This document shows positions 37,178 through 48,174 of a DNA stretch of 64,000 nucleotides, piece by piece; the stretch's first letter is position 1, and each line of letters opens with the position of its first letter. The position numbers were made by a program, and so were the translations under genes. The notes below the pieces were generated by a model, which saw only the letters and a program-made list of their open reading frames with translations, was not told the DNA's origin and searched no databases. The stretch comes from a virus (lineage: Duplodnaviria; Caudoviricetes), in the IMG/VR virus record IMGVR_UViG_3300037991_002562, positions 32,001 to 96,000 of that record; one strand, given 5' to 3'.

Positions 37178-40100
37178 TAATTACCTCCTCTGATATGGAT
37201 GGCCCCGTTCTGGAAATCAATCATCATTTTATAGTTACCAGAATTACCTCCATGGTTGTATATTCTGTCAACTTGAATTTCTTCAAAGAAGCCTTCGTCA
37301 GCGGCTATTGCTCTAGCCCTAACAGTCCCATCAGCAATAATGTTACCATTAATCTTTACGGCGGCTTCCCAAGTAGCCCCGTTCCACATATAAGTGTCTG
37401 TTTGACTTGGATTGCTTGAGTTATATAATGTTAGTGTGTCGTAAGCAAACACAGGCCCTACTAGCCCCTGTAATTTAGAGTAAGCATGGGAGCTTGTGCC
37501 TCCTGACCACACTGAAGAGTTTAGTGGGTTTTGCGTAGTACTAGCTTCAAACCAACCTGGAGCTCTCTGTCCAGTATCGCCATCAGCACCTGTAGCACCG
37601 GGCGCTCCGTCCTCTCCTTGTTCACCTTTAAACTTAGACCAAGTATAGTCCGCTTTATTAGTGCTCTCAGTAGGTGTAGTCTTATTTACTGCTATACCTA
37701 TATATTGAGTATTAGCTTGAGGGGTATCAGTTAAGTTAGAACCGTCTGAGCTAGGGCTATACTTAATCCAAGTGTAGAGAGTTTGGCCGTCAGCTCCAGG
37801 CTCTCCAGGAACCCCTTGACCACCTTGCATTTTAGACCAAGTGTAATCAGAAGGTGTATTACTCTCTGTAGCCGTAGTCTTGTTATATGCAAAACCTATG
37901 TAGGTCTTTCCAGTAGGGTTATTACTAATACCCCCACCAGAAGCATTATCAGCGTAGCGTATCCATGTGTATCTAGACTGACCATCCGCTCCAGGGTCAC
38001 CTGGAACACCCTGAGGTCCGGGCTCTCCTTGTTCACCTTTAGGGCCTTGTTTAGATACGAACAACGAAAATACTCTATCGTACGTTATAGTGCCTTCACC
38101 AGTATTGTAGGTAGCTCTAATAGTAATAGCAAACGTGTCTTTTGTAGGTGCTCCGTTTGTAAGAGGGACTCCTGTAACTGTGTACGTACTTCCTGATAGT
38201 GTAACAGTACATCCATCAGCTGAAACAATAGAGTAGCTAGTGCTAGGACTATTAGAAAGATCGGAAGTACCCTGGTATAGTTTGAACTGACCACTAGCAT
38301 CTGCTAAGTAAGGGTTTTTGCCTTCAGCATCTACTGGTACTGCTTGGTTATCGTTAGTAAGGTAGGCATAAAATGGCTCTTCTAATCCAGCTATTTCATC
38401 GAAAGATTTAACTTTTCCAATGTTAGTAAAATCTTTAATGTTGGAAGTTGCCCAAGTCTCAGCATTAGGTTTGTAGTAAACCCTAACAACCATATTGTTG
38501 TAGCTAGACAACGCTCCGTTGGCTGTGCTTATTGTAAGTTTTTTAGCACTGTTAGGCGCTCCTGTGTACTGAGCACTAAGAACTTGAGAAGTGATATCAT
38601 TATCATTACCGTCTAGTACTTGCCATACTAAGTTACTAATAAAATCGGCATTACCATTAGTACTAGCGTTTAGATTGATTACTGTAGGGTTTTCTCTGAG
38701 GCTATTGTCTTCACCCTTAAATAATACAATATTGTTCGTAGCGGTTAAGCTAAGTGTAGTATATCCAATAGACCCAGGAGGTAACGTACTAGCATCGTCA
38801 GGTAGATCTATAGTAACACCACCAGATATTGTAAGGTCATTACCATCCCATCTAAGATATTTACTATCATCACCTAAATCAAACTGAAAAGTATTCTGAG
38901 AAGAATACCCTGCCCACATACCAGCCCCGCCTGTAGCGTATCCAGTTTTTGTACTAGTTCTAATACTAGGTGCTACTCCGTTTAGCCAGTCTAAAACTAC
39001 TGAGGCTGCAGTAATATCATTTATTACTGCTTCACCGTCTATTTGCAGTCTCTCTTGAACTGCATCATAGATGAAGCTATCTCCGATAGTGACATTACCT
39101 GTGTCTGCATCGACGTGAAATGTCCTATACTGGCCTGCTTGCCCCCAATCTTTGTATGCGCTAATACCTTGGTCAGTAACTTGAATATTAGTAGATACAG
39201 GAGGAGTGCTGTTACTTGGAACAATTTCAAAGTTAAGTGAGCCAGTCGCGCCCGCAAGCAATACTACTTTAGAGTATAACCAATCCGAGTAACGTGTCTC
39301 TTCAGCACCCCAACCAACAGCACGTATTCTAAATGCATACCTATTACCTAAAGGTATAGCAGGCATTATAAGGTCTGTAGTACTCGCAGCTTGGCTGTAC
39401 TGTATAGCATTAGCCCAGTCTAGGGTAGATAGGTTAGTGGTATTGTTGATACTGTCGTTGCGCACTCTCTGAATTTCAAAATGCCTTATTCTACCAATAT
39501 CCGTACCAGCCCAATCCCAAGACATTATTAGTTCATAGGTAGGAGTACCATCCCAGCTAGTAAAAGCTTCGAAAGATATAGAGTTTAAGTTATCAGGAGC
39601 AGAGGCAGAAGATGCGTATTCAATTTCTTGCAGGGGAAGTTGTAGTCCTCTATCACTTATGTCGGAATCGAAATATTCGATTGACGTTGAACCATCTCCG
39701 AACGTCGATTTAACTCTAAAGACGTAAGTCTCTCCTAGTTGAAGACCTGAACTTACGCTTAGATTATAAGAGAGATTACCGGAATAAATGGGATTCCAAG
39801 TCAATCCGGCTAGACTTCCAGAATAATTTGTCGCAACTTCTATCTGGATACTAGAAACCCTAGTGTTCTCAATATTGTCCGCTCCTAGTTCTAACACTAA
39901 GTACGGAGGAGCTGAGTTGCTTAAAGTGTCAGGGGTATTAACTAGTACATTAGTTAAGTAAGCTCCTCTAATAGAACTAACTCTAACAGGGTCGCTAATA
40001 TTAATAGCAGTACCCAGTCGCGAAGTGACAAGAGCATTGGAGCAAGTACCAAAGCTTTCACCTTTGTAGTTAATCTTTTTAATAGACGAACCAGCTAGAG

Positions 40101-40392
40101 TAGCTCCATCTGCCATAGCGTCCATAACAGCCACTTCTATAACGTACTCTTGCGAACTATCTATAGAAGGTATTGGCAGGTCAAAGAAGTTAACTTCAGC
40201 CTTATCAATTCGGTACAGTTCAAATTGAGTAGCATTAGTTATATAGTCTGAAGTACCAACAGGTACTACGTATAGATAACATGCTATAGCACTAGCATCG
40301 TAATCTACTAGGCTAGAGTGGTTAACTCTAGCCTTATTACCTAGTAAAGTAACTGACACTATACTAGGGGTTTGTGGTATAATATTCTTCAT
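37177..40392 (-). CDS. Central fibre/spike protein (pb4 position) with FN3-like and collagen-like segments
   Basis: Y.FR.RA FN3-like motifs; Gly-X-Y tracts; synteny after the pb3-like gene. Confidence 0.75.
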   Translation of the reverse strand: MKNIIPQTPSIVSVTLLGNKARVNHSSLVDYDASAIACYLYVVPVGTSDYITNATQFELYRIDKAEVNFFDLPIPSIDSSQEYVIEVAVMDAMADGATLAGSSIKKINYKGESFGTCSNALVTSRLGTAINISDPVRVSSIRGAYLTNVLVNTPDTLSNSAPPYLVLELGADNIENTRVSSIQIEVATNYSGSLAGLTWNPIYSGNLSYNLSVSSGLQLGETYVFRVKSTFGDGSTSIEYFDSDISDRGLQLPLQEIEYASSASAPDNLNSISFEAFTSWDGTPTYELIMSWDWAGTDIGRIRHFEIQRVRNDSINNTTNLSTLDWANAIQYSQAASTTDLIMPAIPLGNRYAFRIRAVGWGAEETRYSDWLYSKVVLLAGATGSLNFEIVPSNSTPPVSTNIQVTDQGISAYKDWGQAGQYRTFHVDADTGNVTIGDSFIYDAVQERLQIDGEAVINDITAASVVLDWLNGVAPSIRTSTKTGYATGGAGMWAGYSSQNTFQFDLGDDSKYLRWDGNDLTISGGVTIDLPDDASTLPPGSIGYTTLSLTATNNIVLFKGEDNSLRENPTVINLNASTNGNADFISNLVWQVLDGNDNDITSQVLSAQYTGAPNSAKKLTISTANGALSSYNNMVVRVYYKPNAETWATSNIKDFTNIGKVKSFDEIAGLEEPFYAYLTNDNQAVPVDAEGKNPYLADASGQFKLYQGTSDLSNSPSTSYSIVSADGCTVTLSGSTYTVTGVPLTNGAPTKDTFAITIRATYNTGEGTITYDRVFSLFVSKQGPKGEQGEPGPQGVPGDPGADGQSRYTWIRYADNASGGGISNNPTGKTYIGFAYNKTTATESNTPSDYTWSKMQGGQGVPGEPGADGQTLYTWIKYSPSSDGSNLTDTPQANTQYIGIAVNKTTPTESTNKADYTWSKFKGEQGEDGAPGATGADGDTGQRAPGWFEASTTQNPLNSSVWSGGTSSHAYSKLQGLVGPVFAYDTLTLYNSSNPSQTDTYMWNGATWEAAVKINGNIIADGTVRARAIAADEGFFEEIQVDRIYNHGGNSGNYKMMIDFQNGAIHIRGGN

Positions 40393-43300
40393 TTATATCT
40401 CTAAGTATGCCCACGGGCCGAAGCCTAACTGACTGTACCCTGGAACCTGCTTCCCCGGTGTAAGGGCTGGGTCAGACCTAGCTCTTACTTTTATTCCTAG
40501 GTTTCTAATCAGTCCAGCACTACCATGGTAAGCTTGATAATCATCCATATTGTTTTCTACGGTGTAGCTAAATCCAGTAGTTTCATCAAGAGTAGATGGA
40601 ACAATCCATTGACTGTATTGCTCACCTTCTTGGTCGAACTTAAAGAATATAACTTCGTAAGCGTTAGTAATACTGTCTTGCGTATCCCACACTATATCAA
40701 TACTAGGGCCGAAGAACTGATTAGTAGTTCCGGGCACTCTGTTAGTTACGTTTAGTCCTGTTATAGGTGGAAGCTTGTCTGGGAATAATGGGTCAGTAGA
40801 ATTTAAGCTCTTGGATACCCAAGTACTAAACCCACCAGATGCTAACACAGCCCTAACTCGGAAAGTAAATGTCCATTCATCTGTCCTACTACTAATGTCG
40901 TTTACGAAATCGTAAATCTTACCATTCTCGTCTAACCTATCAGGCTGAACTTGGATTGTACCGCTAGTCTCATCAGGGTCTCCATCAGTAGGCCCTATAA
41001 ACCATTGGTACTCGTATCTCAGTATAGGTTGAGAAGCGGAAGGCTTCCACCTTAACAAGAATGTAGAGTAGTCTGGCTCTCCAGTAACTTCCCAAGAGGT
41101 TAATATCTCAAGTTGGGTAGGTGCTCGTACACCTATAATTGGAGGTATTTGAACATCAGTCCTATCAGTCTGGTCAATGTTACTATAGATTTCTGCATCA
41201 AAGTCTGTAAGAGTTAGATTAACTAGCCCGTCTTTTCTAAGTGTTATAGCAGATACTCTAAGCTTTTCAGGCCCTGTAGGAAAGAATCTAGGATAGTTAA
41301 ATAGGACGTTATCGTTGATCTTTAAGTAAGAGTATTTGTAGTATGTAACTATAGAGAAAGTTCTGTTATATCTACTTCTCTTCAACTCTAAAGCTGCTAA
41401 GTTACGTCCGGTGTAGTAGTTGGTAATATATGAGAACTCAAGTCTACCTTTCTTCTCAATACCATTATCTGCCTCCTTATATCTAGAGTCAAAGAATACT
41501 ACGTTGTTAGCGTCATAGCCCTTAGCAGGATCGGATATTCTAGCATCAATAGTATTGTAACTGTCTTTAGAAGACGTATTCTTGGAGCTAATAGCATCTT
41601 TTGTCTCAGTCCAATCTATAACCGTAGGATTACCATCACCGTCAGTAACCACATCATTGTTGTTCTCAACACTAAGAGTATATTTACCTCCTATGTAGTT
41701 AAGAGTACCGTTAATCTGAGCTAGCATGCTACTAACATTTTTAAACACAGTTTGGTCAGTACTAATATGAGTATTACACTGATACTTAGCTCTTGTAGGT
41801 ACTATATTACCGTGAACGTCTTCATAAGTGTTAGACAGTGTCTCCCATCCTAAGTACCTCCAGTACGGAACCCATCCAATGTCGTAGGAGTCATCCTCTT
41901 CATTTAATAGCTGAGCAGTTTCCCAGAATGACCTTATATTAACATCATCTAGGTCTATTTGTCCACCACTATCACTAACTAAGTAATCTAGAAGCTGCCA
42001 TGCCATGTTTAGAGTATGGTCTGGTATTCCACCATTTACTGATAAGTCTGAAGAGTCCCAAATATCAGGCTTAGAGCCTTGAACTACCACTTCTATCTCT
42101 GGTAGCTCTGTTTTGTCTTCAGTAAGTTTAGTATGTACAACTACATAAGCAGTATCTAGAAGCCTGTGGTTAGTACCCCAGTATTCTTCTCCAGGTGTAG
42201 TACCTTGCAATAAAAATCCTTGATTAGCTGCTATGGCTACTAAGTCAGGGTCTGCTGTTTGGTTGTCCTTACCGTGGTATACTGTAATGTCAATAGTAGA
42301 AGTTTCGTCCTCTATCTCGTATTTAGTGCCGTGTATAGAGGGTATACCTATTTGCCCAGTACCCCCCTTTGCAGAAGTTTCTATTGTGTGACCAGCTCTC
42401 TGAGAACCTACACATATAGTAACTTCTGACTCAGCTTGTTCATCAGGCTGTCCACAGATAACAGTTTTGTTATCTATGTATAAGTTTAAGAATCCGTCAA
42501 TTTCACCTTCACATACAGTATAAACTGCGTATACTTCGGAAGGGTCACTAGCATCTACACCTGCGAAAACAGGATGTAGGGGAAGTCGTCTAACTCCGTA
42601 CACCTTAGGTAGATAAGCAGCAGATAAGTTAAATCTTAGGTCTATTTCCCTAGTAACCTCTACTTCATACTCTACTAGACGTTTCATACCTGCTAGGCCA
42701 GCTAAACCGCCACGCTTTTTCATCTTGTAGCGGGTTTCTTTAGCTTTATATTGAGCTTCTAAGTTAATAGCTGTATTAGCATGCATGAAGCCTAAATCTG
42801 ATGTGTGTGCTGGTTTTCTAGCAACTGTAGGATCGGGTAAGTCTTCGAATACTCCAGGTGAAGTTTCAACACTTACTAAACCTCGATGGGCGGTATCATC
42901 GGCCAACCTTCCTGTAACATTTTGGAAGTAGGCAAAATGGTTGGCGGCCTCCCATGTAACTTCTGAAGACCCGCGTTGTACTGCCTCTTTAACAGATATG
43001 TCTGTTATAATACCTTTAAAGTATTTAAGAGGGCCACCGTCTACATCCATGTCTATAATGTTACCATCATCGTCTAGGAATGCTCTGTAGATAGTGATTT
43101 TCTTGTGTACATAACTAACGTCGTTAGGTTGTTTTAATGCTCTGTCTAGTTCTTCTTGCCACTCACCCGCGACAGTTATAGAAATAGAGTTTACCTTGAT
43201 TCCTTGGTCTTCCTTAATATCACTAATTCGAGATATTCTATTAGTAAGGTAGGTAACACCATTGTACTCTATCGGTGCCCCATAGTCGGTATAGTAACCA

Positions 43301-43419
43301 CTAACAGATTCACCTTCGATTGTAGGTAACTCAAGCTCTACAAGGTGAGCAATCGTAACATTTGGTTTAGTAGCTAAATACTGCAATGCAGCGTTACTAT
43401 ATCCTCTATGAGTAGTCAT
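40393..43419 (-). CDS. Baseplate hub / tail tip protein (pb3-like)
   Basis: LPKVYG.R, VCEGEIDG, L.DYL...G, C-terminal FN3-like domains; synteny. Confidence 0.85.
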   Translation of the reverse strand: MTTHRGYSNAALQYLATKPNVTIAHLVELELPTIEGESVSGYYTDYGAPIEYNGVTYLTNRISRISDIKEDQGIKVNSISITVAGEWQEELDRALKQPNDVSYVHKKITIYRAFLDDDGNIIDMDVDGGPLKYFKGIITDISVKEAVQRGSSEVTWEAANHFAYFQNVTGRLADDTAHRGLVSVETSPGVFEDLPDPTVARKPAHTSDLGFMHANTAINLEAQYKAKETRYKMKKRGGLAGLAGMKRLVEYEVEVTREIDLRFNLSAAYLPKVYGVRRLPLHPVFAGVDASDPSEVYAVYTVCEGEIDGFLNLYIDNKTVICGQPDEQAESEVTICVGSQRAGHTIETSAKGGTGQIGIPSIHGTKYEIEDETSTIDITVYHGKDNQTADPDLVAIAANQGFLLQGTTPGEEYWGTNHRLLDTAYVVVHTKLTEDKTELPEIEVVVQGSKPDIWDSSDLSVNGGIPDHTLNMAWQLLDYLVSDSGGQIDLDDVNIRSFWETAQLLNEEDDSYDIGWVPYWRYLGWETLSNTYEDVHGNIVPTRAKYQCNTHISTDQTVFKNVSSMLAQINGTLNYIGGKYTLSVENNNDVVTDGDGNPTVIDWTETKDAISSKNTSSKDSYNTIDARISDPAKGYDANNVVFFDSRYKEADNGIEKKGRLEFSYITNYYTGRNLAALELKRSRYNRTFSIVTYYKYSYLKINDNVLFNYPRFFPTGPEKLRVSAITLRKDGLVNLTLTDFDAEIYSNIDQTDRTDVQIPPIIGVRAPTQLEILTSWEVTGEPDYSTFLLRWKPSASQPILRYEYQWFIGPTDGDPDETSGTIQVQPDRLDENGKIYDFVNDISSRTDEWTFTFRVRAVLASGGFSTWVSKSLNSTDPLFPDKLPPITGLNVTNRVPGTTNQFFGPSIDIVWDTQDSITNAYEVIFFKFDQEGEQYSQWIVPSTLDETTGFSYTVENNMDDYQAYHGSAGLIRNLGIKVRARSDPALTPGKQVPGYSQLGFGPWAYLEI

Positions 43420-44063
43420 TATAGAACCGTACCTCTAAGTGCTAGAGAAAAGCCTTGCACTAGTCCTGAGGCAGTGACCTCTTCGCGAGGCTTATCTCCT
43501 ACTAGTACGCATTTAAATTTAATTTCATTTGGCTCAAGCTCAGTGGTATTATCAATAGGACTGTCTATTACACAATGTAGTGTGTAACGCACGGAAGTAC
43601 TAATGTTCTCTACCTTGATAACTTTATAGATTCTATCGTTACCTGATAGTTTTAAGTAATCTCCGGCTACTAGAGTACCTCCTAGGGACGCTCTATTAGC
43701 TACCTCTATAGTTTGAGCATTAATTTTTGTTATGAGACCCTGTCCCCGTTGAGGGCCAGATCCTACCCAGGCCCCGTTTTTAGGATTCGCTCTGTCAGGA
43801 AACCTGACATAGAACCTTGACGCCGAGCCTTGTAAAGAACTAAGAAAAACCCCTAGTTCGTTGTAAGTTTCAGGCAACATACTGTTGTATGATAAGCTGA
43901 TGTTCCAGTAGTTCCCACCTTGGTAAACTGCAATTGTAGAACCCCCGTTTAGTTCCGTTGATTGAACGGGTGCAATATCGTATATTGTCTGAGATGCCCA
44001 ACCCGGCCCTACAGGTGTAGTAGTGGGGTCTGGCAATTGTGGAATTGATGTATTGTAAGCCAC
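43419..44063 (-). CDS. Distal tail protein (pb9-like)
   Basis: LPDP...PG N-terminus; size and position after the tape measure gene. Confidence 0.8.
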   Translation of the reverse strand: MAYNTSIPQLPDPTTTPVGPGWASQTIYDIAPVQSTELNGGSTIAVYQGGNYWNISLSYNSMLPETYNELGVFLSSLQGSASRFYVRFPDRANPKNGAWVGSGPQRGQGLITKINAQTIEVANRASLGGTLVAGDYLKLSGNDRIYKVIKVENISTSVRYTLHCVIDSPIDNTTELEPNEIKFKCVLVGDKPREEVTASGLVQGFSLALRGTVL

Positions 44064-44090
44064 GAGTTACCTCCTTAATTTATACTTACT

Positions 44091-44118
44091 ATTATACCCA
44101 ATAAACAAGTTTTGTCAA
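44091..44118 (-). promoter_or_regulatory. Promoter TTGACA-N16-TATAAT for tail-tip genes
   Basis: Exact hexamers, 16-bp spacer. Confidence 0.8.
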
Positions 44119-44173
44119 TACCTAACTTCGCATATTTTTTAAAGGCACAAAAGAAAAAAGCGCAGGGATAACC

Positions 44174-47100
44174 CTACGCTTCTAAAGATGCCAAAGTGAA
44201 ACCTTTGGAGTTGGCTGCCCTTTCTAGAGCTTCCCAAATGTCGTCTGACCTATCAACAATACTTTGACTATCTAGAGCTGTAATGTTTAGGTTAAGATTA
44301 TTTTTGGTAACTGGTTTAGACTCAGTTTCAGATTCTGATGCTGGTTTAACGTATAATGGTTGAGTTGGAACAATTTGCTCTGCTCCTCTCTCACCTACAG
44401 TTATAGAACCACCACCTGATCTACCAGGAGTAAAGTTATTAGCTCCTGTACCAAATCCAGACTCTCCACGTAAGTAGGATAGCTCACCCATAGATGCTCC
44501 CATAGAGGTATCTACAGCGTTATTTCTAGAACCTACTGAAAGTGATAAGCCTCCAGTGTCCGCGTCTAGTGCTGCTAGTTGTCCAGCAGATGCCTTCTTA
44601 ATATTATTAATCTGCATCATACCCATAGCAGCCATAACAGCAGCCATTGCACCACCTACTATAGGGCCTAGCTGAGCAACGGATTGCATCATAGCAAGCG
44701 ACGTAGCCATAGCAGTCTGAGCAATACTAGACTTTTCTTTCTCTTTGATCTTTTTCTTTTCTAAGGCTCTAATCTTAGCTAAGGATTCCTGAGATTTTCC
44801 GTCACGTTTTTTCTCTGCTGCAATCTGGTTATCAATATCAGCAACAATCCCGTTAGTCATCTCACTAAACATTGAAGACGCCATTGTACCAACTGCTATT
44901 ATACTATCTGAGAAGTCCGCCAGCACTAGCTCTTGATTACTGGCCAGTAGTTCGGTGACATTACCCATAGTGTCTACAATAGTACCAGACATGGATATAA
45001 ACTCATTCTGCAGACTGGTTAATCCTGGTACTGAACCAGCCACCTCAGAAATAGCAGCACCTATTTCCCTATACGCAGATGCTTCCTCTTTAGCTTTAGC
45101 TATTCTTACGTCTGCTTCCGCGGCTATAACCTCAGCGGACAATACTCTAATCTCTGCATTGTTAGCACCGCTAGCTTTAGCCGCAGCTAAGTTAGCACGT
45201 GCAACGTCTAAGTCTAGAGCTGCTTGAGTAACTGCTCTGGCTGCCTCAACTTCTTCATTAAGTCTTCTACCTCCTAAGGATTCTCTACTTCTGGCCATAT
45301 CATCCATAATAGAGTTTACTGTTGAATCAGCCTCTGCCTGTCTAACAGCTTTTTGAGCCTTGGCTAAATCTTTGTAGTACCTAACTTCATCTTTAAGTAA
45401 GTCAACTTTACTTTGTTGAATTATCTCTGCTTCAGTTTGAGTACTGCTCAGTGCTTTCATAGTAGCCAGTAGCTTATCTTCCGCATCTAGTTCTTGCTGT
45501 ATCAGTTCATATTTATCTCTGTACACCCCTAAACCTGCGGATTCAAATCTGTTAGCTGCTAAAGTATTATTAAGTTTAACTTGGTTAATCTTCTCTAACT
45601 GCTTTTGGTACTCAATCTGCTTCTCTAGTAAGTAGATTTCGTTGCGCTTCTCTCTAATAGCTTCAACATTATTCTTATCTGCGTTATCCATAAAGTCTAA
45701 AAGATTTTTCTGAATGTCTAGTTGTGACTCTAGTCCTTGCAGCTGAGAGTTTCCTTGTAGCGTGTTATCTAGAGCTGCTGCTGATAATGTAACGGATAAG
45801 TCTCTAACTTTTTCGTTTAACTTTTCAGCATACTCGTACAGTTCGTCAAAGCTATTTATAGTAGCATCTAACCCTAAAGATTTAGATATTTTTTCAAACT
45901 CTTCTCTAGTTTTAGCAGTAACCGTCTCAATATCTTGGATATTTGCTGGTATATTAGCTTCTCTAAGGCTCATAGCAGTCTTAACAAATTCGGACATAGG
46001 CCCAGTTACTTGTTGGGAGCTAGTTGATAAAGACTCCATATCTCTAGCTGCTATCTCGAAGTCTCTGTTAAATGCTATAATAGCCGCCCCCATCTCAGCT
46101 ATTTCATCATCGCTGAAACTGGACACTGCAATGCCTGCCTCACCTAGGACTTTATAGTAGTCACGAAGTGACTTGGTCGCGGCGTCAACAGTGATTTTCT
46201 GCCTATCCATTGCCTGCTCTGTATTATCCAATCCTGGAATTAATCCTACTAAGCTGTTAGACAATTCTTTAAGTTCATCAGAGAAAGCGTATAACAACCC
46301 CCCTGTAACAGCAGTGGCTATTAGGAATAAGGGATTTTTAACCATTGCTATAGTTGCTGCTTTTACTGCGGAGGCTATAGCAACAAAACCACCAGCTACT
46401 GCTGCAAGGGCAGTAGGTATTCTACCAGCTGTAAGAACTGTCATTGCTACAGCATTAGAACGTGCCGCCGCAGTTAGTCCTACAACAGCTGTGGTAATTG
46501 CTTTAGTGGATACTACAGCCAGTAGCGATTTAGTAGCGTATACTGTAGTAATAGCTACCAGAGCTTGCAGAGCTATAGTGAAGTTTTCTACTGTATCTTT
46601 TGCATCCTCTAAATATCCAGCGCTTTCCTCAGTAGACTCACCAAGTTCTTTGGTAGCCTTGCTAAGTTCAGAAGCAGCTACTAAAGCTTGCCCCCAGTGT
46701 TCACCTTCTAGAGCTAACTTTAAGGTTTTTTGAGACTCAGTTACATCATCAGTAGCAGCCTTAAACTTATTAGTCTCGTTTATAGTATTAAGTAAGGAAG
46801 TACTTACCTTAGCTAAAGGTTCTAATAGTTTAGATAGCCCTACTAGCATGTTGTCAATAGCATTCTTTGCCGCAACGCCTAGCTCTTCCCACTTAGTAGC
46901 TCCTGCGTCAATTCCAGAGAATCTAGTATCTAACTGACGTTGAACTTCGTTAGTTAGTGCTAGTTGACGTTCGTAATCAGATAGCTCGTCTACGGTCTTA
47001 TCCACCGTTTTAGCATATGCTTCGAACGCTGGAGTCAATCTTGTAACAACACCTAGTTCGTCAAATAATTCAATCTCTTGCTTAGAGATACCGCGAAGTA

Positions 47101-48079
47101 CTCTATCCATAGAGTCGTTGAAGTCTCTACCTAGCGCTATTGACGCTTTACGCGCTCCTACTGTTAGGTTCTCTAACTGTTCCGCAGTAAAGTTAAATGC
47201 AGCACCTTTAGTAGCGAATGACATACTTTCTCTAACCGACAATGCACCTTGAGAAAGCTCTGACATATCTCTAGCTAGACCTTTAACGTTAATACCTGAA
47301 ACGGCTGCCGAGAAGCTAGCTGTTTGAGTCATTAGCCTATCGAAGTTAGCAGCTTCATTTAGTACCCTAAAGGCTTCTGAAACCGCGTAAACGTTAATAG
47401 CTATACTAGCGTACGCAGATGTTAATGGGTTCATAGAGAACGCTAATTCACTGAAAGCTCGCTTCTGGTTTCTTCCACTACCTGCTAGACCCCTAGCAGA
47501 GTTGTTGAAACCGTCTTGGCTTTGAGTAGCTCTGCCAACAGACTTGCTGTATTCGTTCATAGCCTCAGCAGAAGCTTGAGTTGCGTCCCTAGTAGTTTTT
47601 AAACGTTTAGCTGTTTTACCAGTGTTCTCTTCCATAGCTTCTAGCTGTATGTTAGATACTCTAATACGTTCTTCAATTCTATCTAGACCTATAACTACTT
47701 GGTTCAATATTTTTTCTAGAGACTGCATTCCTGCTGCCCCTGTAGTGCTATCGTTTACGCTTTTAAGCGACTTGGCAGCACTAGATGCTGTTTTGTTAAC
47801 CATGTCTAGTGTTTTGTTAACTTCTTGCATCCTTTTCTGGTATGTTTCTAATCCTTTAGTTTTTATCTTATTAGCACTCATAGAGGAGTTAATAGTTTTC
47901 ATACTATTAGACATTGACTCTAATGCGGTGTTAATGGACTTGAAACTTCTACCAGACCCTTTGACTGTCTCTATAACAGCTTTAAGGTTTTCATTAAGCT
48001 TACCAGACTCACGAGCAGCAGTGGTAATATCCTTACCACTTACTTTAATCATTATGTCTCTTATATTTCGTTGTGCCAT
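44174..48079 (-). CDS. Tape measure protein (pb2-like)
   Basis: 1301 aa, Ala-rich helical, hydrophobic segments, E..DELG, VGE.G.E motifs. Confidence 0.92.
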   Translation of the reverse strand: MAQRNIRDIMIKVSGKDITTAARESGKLNENLKAVIETVKGSGRSFKSINTALESMSNSMKTINSSMSANKIKTKGLETYQKRMQEVNKTLDMVNKTASSAAKSLKSVNDSTTGAAGMQSLEKILNQVVIGLDRIEERIRVSNIQLEAMEENTGKTAKRLKTTRDATQASAEAMNEYSKSVGRATQSQDGFNNSARGLAGSGRNQKRAFSELAFSMNPLTSAYASIAINVYAVSEAFRVLNEAANFDRLMTQTASFSAAVSGINVKGLARDMSELSQGALSVRESMSFATKGAAFNFTAEQLENLTVGARKASIALGRDFNDSMDRVLRGISKQEIELFDELGVVTRLTPAFEAYAKTVDKTVDELSDYERQLALTNEVQRQLDTRFSGIDAGATKWEELGVAAKNAIDNMLVGLSKLLEPLAKVSTSLLNTINETNKFKAATDDVTESQKTLKLALEGEHWGQALVAASELSKATKELGESTEESAGYLEDAKDTVENFTIALQALVAITTVYATKSLLAVVSTKAITTAVVGLTAAARSNAVAMTVLTAGRIPTALAAVAGGFVAIASAVKAATIAMVKNPLFLIATAVTGGLLYAFSDELKELSNSLVGLIPGLDNTEQAMDRQKITVDAATKSLRDYYKVLGEAGIAVSSFSDDEIAEMGAAIIAFNRDFEIAARDMESLSTSSQQVTGPMSEFVKTAMSLREANIPANIQDIETVTAKTREEFEKISKSLGLDATINSFDELYEYAEKLNEKVRDLSVTLSAAALDNTLQGNSQLQGLESQLDIQKNLLDFMDNADKNNVEAIREKRNEIYLLEKQIEYQKQLEKINQVKLNNTLAANRFESAGLGVYRDKYELIQQELDAEDKLLATMKALSSTQTEAEIIQQSKVDLLKDEVRYYKDLAKAQKAVRQAEADSTVNSIMDDMARSRESLGGRRLNEEVEAARAVTQAALDLDVARANLAAAKASGANNAEIRVLSAEVIAAEADVRIAKAKEEASAYREIGAAISEVAGSVPGLTSLQNEFISMSGTIVDTMGNVTELLASNQELVLADFSDSIIAVGTMASSMFSEMTNGIVADIDNQIAAEKKRDGKSQESLAKIRALEKKKIKEKEKSSIAQTAMATSLAMMQSVAQLGPIVGGAMAAVMAAMGMMQINNIKKASAGQLAALDADTGGLSLSVGSRNNAVDTSMGASMGELSYLRGESGFGTGANNFTPGRSGGGSITVGERGAEQIVPTQPLYVKPASESETESKPVTKNNLNLNITALDSQSIVDRSDDIWEALERAANSKGFTLASLEA

Positions 48080-48174
48080 TAATTATTACCTTATATAAAA
48101 AAGGCCCTAAGCCTTTCGACCTAGAGCCAAACGTGAAACACAGGTGCTTCACTCCAGAGGATAACTTTGTACTC

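Noticed and set aside
20659-44167. GCGCAGG at 20659 and 44160 as T5-like programmed nick sites
   Set aside because: They match my recollection of the T5 nick consensus, but 7-mers occur by chance, similar sites lie on the other strand, and this nickase's specificity is unknown
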